Below are positions 45,699-55,973 of a DNA stretch of 64,000 nucleotides, one piece after another; the stretch's first letter is position 1; each line of letters starts with the position of its first letter. Where the stretch lies: positions 154,862 to 218,861 of IMG/VR virus record IMGVR_UViG_3300050132_000038; one strand, written 5' to 3'. The position numbers and the translations under genes are program-made. Under the pieces are notes generated by a model that was not told the DNA's origin, searched no databases, and worked only from the letters and a program-made list of their open reading frames with translations.

Positions 45699-47945
45699 AT
45701 GAACCACCTGCACAGCATTCAGCTACAAGATAGCGGCCCCTTCAAATCTGTTTCCTTCAAAATCCCCAAAGGTCTGACTACCATCTATGGCTTGAATCGT
45801 GCGGGTGGTCCTCAGTCGAAGAATAGCAACGGGGTGGGCAAGTCGTACCTCTTCTCTCAGCTATCTGAAATTATCTACGAAGACCCAATCGTAGGTACGA
45901 AGCAGGACCGAGTGAAGGAGGGGACACGAGCCTTCTCCTTCACTTCTGCCGTCAACAAGAAGAAAGTGACGGTCATTCGTTATATGAAGGGTCGGTCCGA
46001 AAAGATGAAGATCAAGGAGGACGGGGTTGATAAAGAACTCCGTACTCCTACCATTGCTAAGAACTACCTAAGAAAAGCCTGGCCGATTACTCAAGAGGAA
46101 TATAACACGTTTGTCCACCTGGATGCACGTATTCCCCACCCTCTGGTAATGGGAACCACCACCCAGCGTAAGAACTTCTTCACTTCCTTCTTTGGGTTAG
46201 ACAAACTTGATGCAGAGCGCAAGCTATTCGTCTCAGAATTAAACAAGTTGCAAAAGACGAAGGTAGCCTTCCAGGAGTTGCGTTCCCAGTATAACAAGTC
46301 GAAGGAAGACCTACTCTCCGCAGAAGACTTAGCGAAGTATAAGACTAAGGCCCAGTCATATAAGGCTAAACTCGAAGCCCTTCAAGATCAGTTCCGAGAG
46401 ATCCAGGAAACAGTTCGCCTAGTTCACTTCGCTCAGTCGGCATCCTCGCAAATTAAGGTCTTGAACGTAGCGTGTCATTCAGATATATCAGAGGATGAAT
46501 TCAACAAGGCAGTAGAGACGAACCTGTGGGAACTCAAGAAAGCTCGCAAGGACTTAGAAGACGCGGAAGCCTGGGAACAATACAAGCGTGATAACCAACA
46601 CTATGTAGAAGCCTACGAAGCTCTGTCTGAGCCAACTCGTAAAGCCATGAAGGAACACGGTAAGGAAGTACGCAAGGTAGCAGCTACTACTGCTAAAGAG
46701 CTCCGTGGAATTAAAACGGAGATGGATGAGTTGAAATCTGAGACAGAGAGTCTTGAATCTGAAATCCAGACTCTGGAGAAAGTAGAGAAACCAGAAGGTA
46801 ACGAGGAGGATGCCGCAACTAGTCTTCGTGCCTACAAACATCAGCTGGAGCACGCTGAACAATTCTCAGAAGGTAAGTGTGAGACGTGTGGTCAGGTAGT
46901 ACAGATTAAGAATCCTGCTGTTCTACGTAAACGAGTGAAAGCACTGACCCTGTTGATTGCACAGCATAAGGACTACCGGGAATACGTAAAGGCTCGCAAG
47001 TTCCAGAAGGAGTTGAAGCTCAAGATTGACGAAGCTAACACCAACTACGATGCACGTTCTGCTGACTTAGTGAAGCTCAAGCCTTGGGCTAAGATCAATG
47101 ACGAGCTGCAGAATCTGCCTAGGAAACCTAAACCCTTCGAAGGTAAGAAACTTCAAGTCGTAGTGCTAAAGCGTATGCTAGAAGAGATCCTAGAGCGTAA
47201 GCAGTTGCTTGAGTTCTGTAAGCCGCACCTTGACTCGATTATAGCATTCACCAAGCTAACCTCTAAGGACATAGAGGCGGCCAAGGCAGGTGATGATCTG
47301 CACGGCCGCATGAATCAATTACAAGAGCTGCTGTCCAAAGCACAGGCCAAGCTGGAAGTCCATCGCACGGTGGCCTCTCGTCTACTAGAAACACGAGAGC
47401 GTCTAGTTGAACTACGAGAACAGTTGAAGGATGAACCCGCGCTTAAGCACCTGGTGCAGGGATACCAGGACAAGAACCTAAAGAAGATGGCTGTCACTTC
47501 TATTAGTGCACGGTTAATGCAATTAGTAAACAAATACGCGCGTGCCATCTTCCCAGAAGATTATACATTTGAATTTCAGTGGGGCACACAGATCTCCTTA
47601 CTAGTCCATCGTAAGTATGGCAAGAAGACCCTTACCTCTGATGTACGAAAGTTAAGTGGTGCTGAGTCGAAGCTGTTTACCATCGTCTTAGTGTTAGCCT
47701 TGTTAGCCTTTGTACCGTCACACAAGAGATGCTCTGTACTGATACTTGATGAACCATCCGCCAATCTGTCCAAAGAAATGACCGAAAGCCTTCAAGCATT
47801 AGTGCCGGTACTTTTAACCCTCATACCAAGTATTGTAGTAATAACGCCGAAGTCGGATGAACTCTGGGAGGGTGCAAAGTGCTTCACTGTGGTGAAGACG
47901 AACGGTGTATCCGTAGTTAAAGAAGGTATGCCGCACATGCAGTAG
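45699..47945 (+). CDS. SbcC/Rad50-like ATPase
   Basis: Walker A NGVGKS, coiled coils with central CETC zinc hook, signature LSGAE, Walker B LILDEP. Confidence 0.9.
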   Translation: MNHLHSIQLQDSGPFKSVSFKIPKGLTTIYGLNRAGGPQSKNSNGVGKSYLFSQLSEIIYEDPIVGTKQDRVKEGTRAFSFTSAVNKKKVTVIRYMKGRSEKMKIKEDGVDKELRTPTIAKNYLRKAWPITQEEYNTFVHLDARIPHPLVMGTTTQRKNFFTSFFGLDKLDAERKLFVSELNKLQKTKVAFQELRSQYNKSKEDLLSAEDLAKYKTKAQSYKAKLEALQDQFREIQETVRLVHFAQSASSQIKVLNVACHSDISEDEFNKAVETNLWELKKARKDLEDAEAWEQYKRDNQHYVEAYEALSEPTRKAMKEHGKEVRKVAATTAKELRGIKTEMDELKSETESLESEIQTLEKVEKPEGNEEDAATSLRAYKHQLEHAEQFSEGKCETCGQVVQIKNPAVLRKRVKALTLLIAQHKDYREYVKARKFQKELKLKIDEANTNYDARSADLVKLKPWAKINDELQNLPRKPKPFEGKKLQVVVLKRMLEEILERKQLLEFCKPHLDSIIAFTKLTSKDIEAAKAGDDLHGRMNQLQELLSKAQAKLEVHRTVASRLLETRERLVELREQLKDEPALKHLVQGYQDKNLKKMAVTSISARLMQLVNKYARAIFPEDYTFEFQWGTQISLLVHRKYGKKTLTSDVRKLSGAESKLFTIVLVLALLAFVPSHKRCSVLILDEPSANLSKEMTESLQALVPVLLTLIPSIVVITPKSDELWEGAKCFTVVKTNGVSVVKEGMPHMQ

Positions 47946-48029
47946 AGTAACCCACTAACTAGAACTAGCGTTGATGACACGTAGTACAACGTATCATAGC
48001 ACCCCTAGCCTCACTGACGGAGCAACCCC

Positions 48030-48764
48030 ATGCCAATCCTACAAGCATACGGTATTATAGATTATTCACCCCTCCAAATCTCTGAGGCCCTCAAGAGTTT
48101 AAACCTTAGTCATACCCTAGAGGGAGGTACTCGGCGTCTAGTTCACGATGGTCTATGTAAGGAACAACCAGTATGGCCGGTTGTAGTTGACCGAGTTAAA
48201 AACATACACAGGGTAAATGGAGAACGTCTTGTCCTCTTCGTTACCGACTGTAGAGCTTTGCTGTCCACGACAAACCTCAGTACCTTCCTATGGCCGGATC
48301 ACCGAGGCCACTGTTTGCAAGCTTCAATTAAGAGCGCATTGATTTCAGCCCATAGAGTTAATAGCAACTGGTCTCTAGTATCCAAGGAGCCAACAACACT
48401 TGAGTTTGTGAACTCCGCTACCAAGCCAAGCTTCTTGAACCTGATCCAGACACAAATTTATCGTGTGACGCCCTACGCCCTACGGAAGGAAGTACAGCAG
48501 GTCATCATTGCCTACCTAGCTGGTATAGAGTCGTACACTGTTATGCACCGTAAACTTAAATCTTCCTTGAAACTTCAAACTCTGTACGAGCTGCTTCATC
48601 TACAGAAGGCTAAGGACTTGAGGGAGGCCGTGTTGATGGTAGGGGATGTAGAGGAGGTGGCTAAGGCTACAGGGTTTGCTCCCTTTGAGCTTCGCTATAT
48701 TCATGCGAGCTCCGCTAAGACAGCTAATGAAGCTCGGGCTGCTGGTAAGTCTAAGGGTCGATAA
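48030..48764 (+). CDS. Hypothetical protein
   Basis: GGAG RBS; 244-aa ORF in the replication block. Confidence 0.6.
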   Translation: MPILQAYGIIDYSPLQISEALKSLNLSHTLEGGTRRLVHDGLCKEQPVWPVVVDRVKNIHRVNGERLVLFVTDCRALLSTTNLSTFLWPDHRGHCLQASIKSALISAHRVNSNWSLVSKEPTTLEFVNSATKPSFLNLIQTQIYRVTPYALRKEVQQVIIAYLAGIESYTVMHRKLKSSLKLQTLYELLHLQKAKDLREAVLMVGDVEEVAKATGFAPFELRYIHASSAKTANEARAAGKSKGR

Positions 48765-48806
48765 GTTCAATTTCATACAGTCCCCTTAGACTAACCGAGG
48801 TTCTCA

Positions 48807-49181
48807 ATGGCTTTTATTAGACTTACCCTTTTACCGATCACCCCAAACCAACCAGAACTCCTAATGGACGTTCTTGACACCGATTTCGTTTTCTCGAACG
48901 GTCAGTTTCAACCGGTACAGGTTGCTCCTACCATTACGTTGATGGGTGTTCCGGTTAGCTACGCTATCACTCCGTTCGATACGCTGCAACAGGCCGTCGC
49001 TGTCACCAACCAACAACTCCAAGAAGTGAAGATCATCTATCGTCAACCTGTAGATACCTCTGAGTACTCTGATACCTCGGCATTAGTTGAACCCGACCCT
49101 ACTAACGGTATGGGAGTGTACGGTATTACGTTGAACGAAACACGTATCACCTTCGCCCCAGTTACTATTGCCACTTCGTGA
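48807..49181 (+). CDS. Probable virion protein
   Basis: Follows the AATTTCATA motif; very low Lys/Arg. Confidence 0.5.
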   Translation: MAFIRLTLLPITPNQPELLMDVLDTDFVFSNGQFQPVQVAPTITLMGVPVSYAITPFDTLQQAVAVTNQQLQEVKIIYRQPVDTSEYSDTSALVEPDPTNGMGVYGITLNETRITFAPVTIATS

Positions 49182-49212
49182 GCTGAAGCTCCAACTTCGT
49201 AAGGACCACACA

Positions 49213-50037
49213 ATGTCGAAGATCCAATTCGGGTTGCCTTTAACGGCGCCCTCCACGCAGACCATCATTCCTATCTTGGACACCTACGGTAAAGCCTTTG
49301 GGTTCTTCCCGATCGCCTCTTTTACTTTCGAGGGGTCGGAAACTACCTACGAGCTCCCGGATGGTACAGTGGCAATCACTACCGTGACGTTGCCCCCTAA
49401 GGTCACTAACAGCTACGACATGAATCCAGTGTCCCAGTATATGGCTGCGGTGTACTCTCCATTGCAAACTCCCTTGCAGCCGTGGCTTGGCTTTAAGGAG
49501 TTCGTTAACGCCTATTCCAATCAGAGTGTTGGCTATTACTCGTGGTGGTCGATGCCTACCTCTGGGTGGCTGCAGCACTTTGGGTATGGTACGTTCATTG
49601 AAAGCCTTAAGTTCAACATGGATAAGTATGTGTATGCAGCACCTGCCGGTCAAGGAGCTCCTACTGTGACTGACGCAACAATGCGGTGGGCTACTACTAG
49701 CAACCTCGCAGCTTTCTCCTCTGGATCTTTTATTGATTTCAACTGGCTTCAGCTCTTCAATGCTACTCTACAGCAGACTCCTGGATACACCCCTGGCCAA
49801 GAAGTTATCCCTCTGTCGATCTCTACCGTTAGTAATCCAGCAGGTGGTTTCTTCAAGGCTTCAGTTGTTCAGGCTCAGGGTGCTCAGATCATTGTGCCAG
49901 GAGGTGCTGCAATGTTTGATACGGTGCGTATTCTACGCCTAGCCGATCCGACTGCTGGAACCTACTTATTCGACTTCGCGGTGTCGGACAACCTAGGCAA
50001 CACAACCCCGGTGACGCTTACCCTTACCGTAGTCTAA
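49213..50037 (+). CDS. Probable virion protein
   Basis: AAGGA RBS before ATG 49213; low-charge, Ig-like C-terminus. Confidence 0.5.
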   Translation: MSKIQFGLPLTAPSTQTIIPILDTYGKAFGFFPIASFTFEGSETTYELPDGTVAITTVTLPPKVTNSYDMNPVSQYMAAVYSPLQTPLQPWLGFKEFVNAYSNQSVGYYSWWSMPTSGWLQHFGYGTFIESLKFNMDKYVYAAPAGQGAPTVTDATMRWATTSNLAAFSSGSFIDFNWLQLFNATLQQTPGYTPGQEVIPLSISTVSNPAGGFFKASVVQAQGAQIIVPGGAAMFDTVRILRLADPTAGTYLFDFAVSDNLGNTTPVTLTLTVV

Positions 50038-50083
50038 TATAAGACTGTAAATATAAGATTTGAAACCCTTCCCGAGTACTACT

Positions 50084-51154
50084 ATGAACGTTACGATCTC
50101 CGCTCCAATTTTGCAGGAAGCACTTCGAGTTGCTCTCCGTCTTAGTCCGCCTGTTAGTGGTAACGTCACCATCATGGCCGACGGCGCTAAGTTGTTCCTC
50201 CACTCTGCCGGCGAGCTCTCCCGTTGTTCGATTCTCCTTCCCTGTGAAGTAAAAGGTAAAGCACTGTTTGCCATCGGCACCGAAGCCCTACGTGATGCAA
50301 CCAAGGGTCACGATGAACTGTCCATGACCTATGATAAGACGATGTTGAATGTTAAGAGTGGTCGTTACTCGGCATCTCTTACCACTGTTGACGCGATTGC
50401 TATGGAAGAGCAGGCTGAGGAGAAGGGTCAAGTATGGAAACTAACTGTTGACCAAGCTCAATGGTTGAAGACCGCAGTGTCTCAAGTACAGTTGAAGCCT
50501 ACAGCTAACATCACAGCATTCATGCCGGTCTCTGTTAAACTCAGCGATAAGGGAGCATTCGTTTCCTGTTACGATAACCAGCACATGGCATTCATCAATG
50601 ATAAGGAAGTCAAAGGCGACTTGGACGTCACGCTCCCTATCGAGACCCTAAATGCGGTGTTGGATACGTTCAATAAGCTGCCCTTCAAGATGACGGTCAC
50701 CCAGTCGTCGCTCTTGGTAAAGAATAAAATCGTGGACGTTACGCTTTCCTTACCTTCCACTGAGGACGATGCACAGATTGGAACCTCAGCCGTTATGGGT
50801 AAAGCTAAGGAAGCGTTGAAGGCCGATGGTACGCAGATCGAAGTTGCTAAGTCTGACGTTACCGCCTTCTTGGAAAACGCACGGTCGGTGTCCACCAAGG
50901 AACGTTCGGAAGTTCTGATTACTACTGAACCAGGTAAACTGAATCTGGTAGTCAAGACGACTAACGGTACAGCCAAGTCCACTATCAAAGCAGCGGTGAA
51001 GTCGAAACAATCGTTCGCTATTGATTATGAATTTTTGAGTGAGGCCGTATCGAAGTGCCCTGAGTCAGTTGTATTCAAGGTGGTATCGGAAGCGTTCGCA
51101 TGTTTCAGTACTAAAACTTCCCATGTTTTGGTTGCCCTTAATCAGCAGAGCTAG
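50084..51154 (+). CDS. Sliding clamp, DnaN (beta)-like
   Basis: About 356 aa with a three-domain beta/alpha pattern (VSCYDNQHMA, FAIDYEFLSEAV); near the DnaX-like gene. Confidence 0.65.
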   Translation: MNVTISAPILQEALRVALRLSPPVSGNVTIMADGAKLFLHSAGELSRCSILLPCEVKGKALFAIGTEALRDATKGHDELSMTYDKTMLNVKSGRYSASLTTVDAIAMEEQAEEKGQVWKLTVDQAQWLKTAVSQVQLKPTANITAFMPVSVKLSDKGAFVSCYDNQHMAFINDKEVKGDLDVTLPIETLNAVLDTFNKLPFKMTVTQSSLLVKNKIVDVTLSLPSTEDDAQIGTSAVMGKAKEALKADGTQIEVAKSDVTAFLENARSVSTKERSEVLITTEPGKLNLVVKTTNGTAKSTIKAAVKSKQSFAIDYEFLSEAVSKCPESVVFKVVSEAFACFSTKTSHVLVALNQQS

Positions 51155-51163
51155 GAGTAAGTA

Positions 51164-51616
51164 ATGGGCCTCTTCGACAAGCTAATAGAAAAGCAAGGAG
51201 GGGCTATTACCAAAGCCCCTCCGGTTCCCGACGTAGAGGATTTCATCGTTAAGCTGGACAGTGATCCGCACTTCTTCTATACTACCGAAGCAGGCTGTAC
51301 CCTGTATCTCCAGAAGGTGAAGCAGGGTACAGTTCTCCAGGTGGGACCTAGGATCCCGATCCTCTGCTTATTCAAAGCACATTGGCTAATGCTTGACGGG
51401 CAGAAGGTAGGCTACGTATTCGACTCCGAGTTTCAAGTCTCAAATAAGGGTGGGTACATAATGGCCTACCTCGAGAAGGGTGTTGGTAAGGCTTCGACTG
51501 TAGAGGTCTTGGTTAAGACTGATACGCTCGTGATTTACTCGTTCCCGAACCGTGGGACTTTAATCGTGAGTCCTCATATAGGAGAGGATATGAAAAGTGT
51601 CTTGGACGAACAATAA
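51164..51616 (+). CDS. Hypothetical protein
   Basis: AGGAG RBS. Confidence 0.6.
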   Translation: MGLFDKLIEKQGGAITKAPPVPDVEDFIVKLDSDPHFFYTTEAGCTLYLQKVKQGTVLQVGPRIPILCLFKAHWLMLDGQKVGYVFDSEFQVSNKGGYIMAYLEKGVGKASTVEVLVKTDTLVIYSFPNRGTLIVSPHIGEDMKSVLDEQ

Positions 51617-52167
51617 TGGCTAGAGCACCGAAGGAAGAATTTAGCGTTGATAATCTGCTTAAGACAATTCGCGCTGATCCAAAATATAAGAAGTTCAAGT
51701 TGGTTGTTCAGCGAGCAAGCGAACGTCTAAAGATTGAGAATGATCGCAACGAGGCACTAGCCCTACACTTGGCCAGAACCTCAGGCACACTGTACGGCAA
51801 GAAGCAGTATAGCGCACGTTCCCTACTCGAAGCAGAAGCTAACGACATGGCAGCACGGAGCCGTTGGGTACACATTCGGGTGCAGGCTTCAATTCATTTG
51901 AATCTGTTAGATGAAGCCTGTGACGCGATCAAGCGGCATATCTTTACTCAGTACTACGACGAACTTCGAGGCTTCTCTAACGAGCAACAACGAAAGGCTT
52001 TGGTAGAACGAGTTCAGGGTGTGGCAATGGACTTGATTACGGACGGTAAGTCCCTACTGGAAATGCTGGACCAGTTGATAAAAGATGTGGACCAGTCGAA
52101 CTTTAGCATGGGCCGCATGGTAGACTTGCTTGAACTAGTAATGAATGCAAAAGGAAAAACCTTATGA
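51616..52167 (+). CDS. Helical protein, possibly UvsY-like
   Basis: All-helical pattern and position near the UvsW-like helicase; inference only. Confidence 0.35.
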   Translation: MARAPKEEFSVDNLLKTIRADPKYKKFKLVVQRASERLKIENDRNEALALHLARTSGTLYGKKQYSARSLLEAEANDMAARSRWVHIRVQASIHLNLLDEACDAIKRHIFTQYYDELRGFSNEQQRKALVERVQGVAMDLITDGKSLLEMLDQLIKDVDQSNFSMGRMVDLLELVMNAKGKTL

Positions 52168-52586
52168 CGTACCTCACAGTAGACGCACGGCCCAACCAGT
52201 CATTAGTTATGCTGGTGGATGATACCGACTGGAACATTCTGTGTGCTACCCAAACAGATAACCGTGGGGCAGCTACTACCTATGTTAGTTCTGCTGCTAC
52301 CTACACAGATTTTCTACAGATCTTGAGTTTCATGCAGACCCAGAACCTGGCGAAGTCAATCGTACTTACTAATCAGGTGGCGCTATCTGTACTCCCATTG
52401 ATTGCACAGACCTACACTAACAGCGCGGTGCCTGCCGGAATGCACTTCACGTTGAAGGCTTCGGTCAATGGTTACAATGGGAATGCAAATGTAAATAGCT
52501 ACAATGCAAGTGACGCAGCACTGAAGAGCTTGGATATTAGTTCCCTGGCTAATGCCAATAGCCTCACACTAACGATCACTCCCTGA
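52164..52586 (+). CDS. Hypothetical low-charge protein
   Basis: ATGA overlap; Asn/Thr/Ala-rich. Confidence 0.55.
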   Translation: MTYLTVDARPNQSLVMLVDDTDWNILCATQTDNRGAATTYVSSAATYTDFLQILSFMQTQNLAKSIVLTNQVALSVLPLIAQTYTNSAVPAGMHFTLKASVNGYNGNANVNSYNASDAALKSLDISSLANANSLTLTITP

Positions 52587-52623
52587 TCGCTTCTTAGCTT
52601 CACTGACTTACATCGAGTACACT

Positions 52624-54168
52624 ATGATTACCCTACAGGCTCGCGAGGCCATATACATCAAAAGAGAATCAATCCCTCGGGAGCTACGTGAGGAGTTAAT
52701 CGATAAGTTCACCTTTAGGTTCTATGAGGAGAAGGCGTGCGCCCAGTGTGAGTTCTATCAGGAGCGGCTAGAAGCCCCTGGTAGGCATCTCGAGACGTGC
52801 GATGAATGTGCAGCGTATAAAGGTGGAGCGCAGTTAGCCCAGGAAGTTAAGCTGGGCGATTCACGTTACATTAAGACGCCTATTGGAGACTCAGCTGGCT
52901 TGGTCAAGGTGTTGAACAAACATGACATTGAGTTCAAGGTAAAGAAGCACTACCCTCAGCACGAGATGAAACGGAAGTTCAAGTTCACTGGTGTTCTTAA
53001 GGACTTCCAACGAGAGGCGGTGGATGCTATCAAGAAAAAGAAGCGAGGTGTTGTTAAGGCACCGCCGCGATCTGGTAAGACTGTGTTGAGCACCGCTGCC
53101 ATTTGTGAGATTGGTAAGAAGACAATCATCATGGCTTCACAGCGTGACTGGCTTGTAGGATTCCAAGAAACCTTCATTGGTTCAGGTACCCAAGCACCGC
53201 TAACCAACTGCAAGCCCTCTCAGATTGGATTCGCTAAGACGCTAGAGGATTTCAAGAAGTACGATGTATGTCTGGTAACGGTACAGACCTTCTGGAGTGA
53301 GAAAGGCCAGAAGCTACTCCGCAAGATCAGGGATTGGTTCCCGGTTATCGTGGTCGATGAAATCCATACAGGCGGTGCTCCAAAGTATGCACGAGTGTTG
53401 GCCTCGATCAATTGCGAATACAAGATTGGTTTGTCCGGTACACCTAATCGTAAGGACGGTCGCTTCTCGTTGATGCGTGCCCTCATGGGTCCGAATCTAT
53501 ATGAGGCTAAGGTAGAGCGGTTACGCCCACACGTTAGATTAGTACGCACAGGCTATGTGCAGAAGAGTAAGGGGCAAGTGCCTTGGGTTCGCATGGTATC
53601 CTCCATCGAGAAAGACCCAAAGCGTTTGAAGTTGATAGCGCAGTGGGCGGTGAAGGACGCTAAAGCCGGGCACATGATTATCATACCCCTGGCGCAGATC
53701 ATTCCAGTCAAAGCATTGGTTATGGCTATAAATAAACTGGCAGGGAAGACAATAGCAGTAGCCTTCTGGGGCGGCTTGGGCAAGGACAAGAATGGCAACA
53801 AGCTCCGTGACGTCTATATCCAGAAAGCTCGCGAGTACAAGATCAAGGTGATCGTGGGTAATGCGAAGATGGTATCCACAGGTATAAACATCCCTAGAGC
53901 ATCGTGTCTATACGATGTGACGCCGAGTTCAAATTTGGAGAACTGCGAGCAACGAGTGTCGCGCATATTGACGCCGTACGCTGATAAACCCTTACCGGTA
54001 GTGCGCTACTTTTTGGACTCAGTGGGCGTACGTAGAAATTGTTTACGCAATGAATGGTATCATTGCGTACTACCAAAGTTTAGACCTGTTGTCTCAGAAG
54101 TAGATACGCAAGTTTTAAAATCCTATCTTTCCGGTAAAGAGTCTAGACAGGAGTACACAGAGTTATGA
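52624..54168 (+). CDS. SF2 DEAD/H-box helicase, UvsW-like
   Basis: FQREAV, APPRSGKT, VVDEIH, GLSGTP, TGINIP, QRVSR. Confidence 0.9.
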   Translation: MITLQAREAIYIKRESIPRELREELIDKFTFRFYEEKACAQCEFYQERLEAPGRHLETCDECAAYKGGAQLAQEVKLGDSRYIKTPIGDSAGLVKVLNKHDIEFKVKKHYPQHEMKRKFKFTGVLKDFQREAVDAIKKKKRGVVKAPPRSGKTVLSTAAICEIGKKTIIMASQRDWLVGFQETFIGSGTQAPLTNCKPSQIGFAKTLEDFKKYDVCLVTVQTFWSEKGQKLLRKIRDWFPVIVVDEIHTGGAPKYARVLASINCEYKIGLSGTPNRKDGRFSLMRALMGPNLYEAKVERLRPHVRLVRTGYVQKSKGQVPWVRMVSSIEKDPKRLKLIAQWAVKDAKAGHMIIIPLAQIIPVKALVMAINKLAGKTIAVAFWGGLGKDKNGNKLRDVYIQKAREYKIKVIVGNAKMVSTGINIPRASCLYDVTPSSNLENCEQRVSRILTPYADKPLPVVRYFLDSVGVRRNCLRNEWYHCVLPKFRPVVSEVDTQVLKSYLSGKESRQEYTEL

Positions 54169-55415
54169 TAATAACTAAGGCGCAAGAGAAGGCGCTAGAG
54201 CCTTACGAGAAGCGGTGGAGACACTCTAAGTACCCTGAGGTAGACGGGCAGGTACTAGCTATTGCTTACAATCTACTAGATGACGCAAATACCAGGGGGC
54301 ATACACTCTCTTTGAAGAAAGAGTTCTACGCCTATGCCCTACTGGATCCTCGAAAGCCGGGTCCCTATACGTACTGGATTGCGACTAAGCAAATAACATT
54401 CTCCTACGAACCATTCTATGTTGGGAAGGGGAAGGGCAATCGTATGTACAACCACGAGAACGCTGCTCATAAGTACAGGGAGAAGAACCCACATAATCCT
54501 AGTTCCAAGGTAGACACTATACTAGCTATTCAGGCGGCAGGATTAAAGGTGATAACTTATAAATTCTCCGATGCTCTTATAGAACCTATCGCCTTAGGTA
54601 AGGAAGAGATCCTTATAGAGGCCTTAGGTCAATTAAACGACAAATCTGGAATACTTACTAACATAGCATCAGACGGCAGGGGCTTTACCTGCAGTGCAGA
54701 TCGACGAGAGCATGCACTATCCGCCTGGAATAGTAAGCCAGCAAAAGAGAAGAAACGTATTACTGCTAAAAGAGTACAGTCCATGCTAACTCGCCCAGAT
54801 GGGGCGAAACTAGATACCCGGCAACGTAAACAGGAAACCTGGTCGAAGAAGAGTGACGAAGAACTGGAAGAAATTCGACAAAAGAAAATTCTTACGCACG
54901 CTAGTAGAGACCCGGCAGAAGTGCTCGTAAGCACTGCCGCCACTGTAGCCAACACAGACTACGAAGAAGCAAATAGGAAAAGAGCAGAGGCATACGCTAA
55001 GAAAAGCGATGAGGAGAAATTAGTAATAAAGAATAAAAGAGCCGAAACAATGGCGAGAAAGAGTGATAAAGAAAAGCTGGAAATCAGAGAAAATCTACGT
55101 AATGCTGCCGCGCGGAAGACATCCGAGGATAAAGAGGCTGACGAGGAAAAGAGGCAAGCCACTCGGGATTCTCGTACAGCTGAATATGAAGCTGACTATA
55201 GAGCTAAGCTCAGGGCGGGTGCCGCGAATAGCAAAGTTACAAAAATAACGGACAGACAGGTTGTAGAAATATTTCTCAAATGTCAAAAGTATAAGGATAC
55301 CCTTAATGTTAGAAAGAAGTTTGCAGAACGCTTCGGGGTTAGTTTAAAGACTGTTAGTGACATAGCGAGTGGCAAACAACGTAAGTTTGTTCTACAGGCA
55401 CACGGACTTATATGA
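54165..55415 (+). CDS. Free-standing GIY-YIG-like homing endonuclease 3
   Basis: FYAYALLDPRKPG...PFYVGKGKGNR...ILTN; helical repeats; C-terminal HTH-like RFGVSLKTVSDI. Confidence 0.8.
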   Translation: MIITKAQEKALEPYEKRWRHSKYPEVDGQVLAIAYNLLDDANTRGHTLSLKKEFYAYALLDPRKPGPYTYWIATKQITFSYEPFYVGKGKGNRMYNHENAAHKYREKNPHNPSSKVDTILAIQAAGLKVITYKFSDALIEPIALGKEEILIEALGQLNDKSGILTNIASDGRGFTCSADRREHALSAWNSKPAKEKKRITAKRVQSMLTRPDGAKLDTRQRKQETWSKKSDEELEEIRQKKILTHASRDPAEVLVSTAATVANTDYEEANRKRAEAYAKKSDEEKLVIKNKRAETMARKSDKEKLEIRENLRNAAARKTSEDKEADEEKRQATRDSRTAEYEADYRAKLRAGAANSKVTKITDRQVVEIFLKCQKYKDTLNVRKKFAERFGVSLKTVSDIASGKQRKFVLQAHGLI

Positions 55416-55422
55416 AATGCAG

Positions 55423-55563
55423 GTGCGTAAACGCTGCCTTGCTAATGAGATCCATCGAGTACTGATCCCTAAGTTTAGGCCAGTCATTCAGGATAAGGAC
55501 TTTGAAGCCCTCAAGTCATATCTGAAGTCTAAGCCAGCTAACACTCAACACTACGAGCTATAA
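55423..55563 (+). pseudogene. Displaced duplicate helicase C-terminus
   Basis: VRKRCLANE...PKFRPV...LKSYL...YEL* aligns without gaps to helicase 54028..54168. Confidence 0.8.
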
Positions 55564-55565
55564 TA

Positions 55566-55829
55566 ATGGTTACGATTACTAAAGAAGATTTGGAATGTCC
55601 TGAGTGGTTGAAGCAGCACTTAGGGGAAACTCGTGAGCAGTATCGCCAACGACTGGAGTCCTATTGTAAGTTCCCTGGGGATGAAGCAAATGTACAACTC
55701 TTCGTTATGGACATTGAGGAAGAAGAGGATGAGCGGCTGCATTTTAAGATAAAGACCTACATTACAGCTTCACGTAAGAAGATGAACAAGCGTAAGAAAC
55801 AACGTAGGGCTACTACAGGGAGACGCTAA
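55566..55829 (+). CDS. Hypothetical protein with Arg/Lys tail
   Basis: Ends NKRKKQRRATTGRR. Confidence 0.55.
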   Translation: MVTITKEDLECPEWLKQHLGETREQYRQRLESYCKFPGDEANVQLFVMDIEEEEDERLHFKIKTYITASRKKMNKRKKQRRATTGRR

Positions 55830-55973
55830 TGACTACTCATTTACGGATGCGATGGAGGTTCAATACAAATGCTAACTGGTTTTACGATAGTGCTCTCCTA
55901 CGTCGTAGGCAGCGTATGGCGTTCAACAAGCGTAAGAAACAACGTAGGGCTACTACCGGGAGACGCTAATGAC
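55785..55973 (+). repeat. 49-bp direct repeat pair with 140-bp period
   Basis: 55785-55833 and 55925-55973, one mismatch. Confidence 0.9.
55829..55969 (+). CDS. 46-aa basic peptide sharing the NKRKKQRRATTGRR tail
   Basis: TAATG coupling at both ends; MTTHLRMRWRFNTNANWFYDSALLRRRQRMAFNKRKKQRRATTGRR. Confidence 0.5.
   Translation: MTTHLRMRWRFNTNANWFYDSALLRRRQRMAFNKRKKQRRATTGRR

Noticed and set aside
54100-54165. A third copy of the structured leader before endonuclease 3
   Set aside because: The gene overlaps the helicase stop and no AGTGAGCATA/GCTTTATG stem is present nearby.
55785-55973. CRISPR mini-array
   Set aside because: Only two 49-bp units, non-palindromic, coding, with a 91-nt spacer; no cas operon. 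The Cas4-like nuclease at 42102 is a common stand-alone phage gene.
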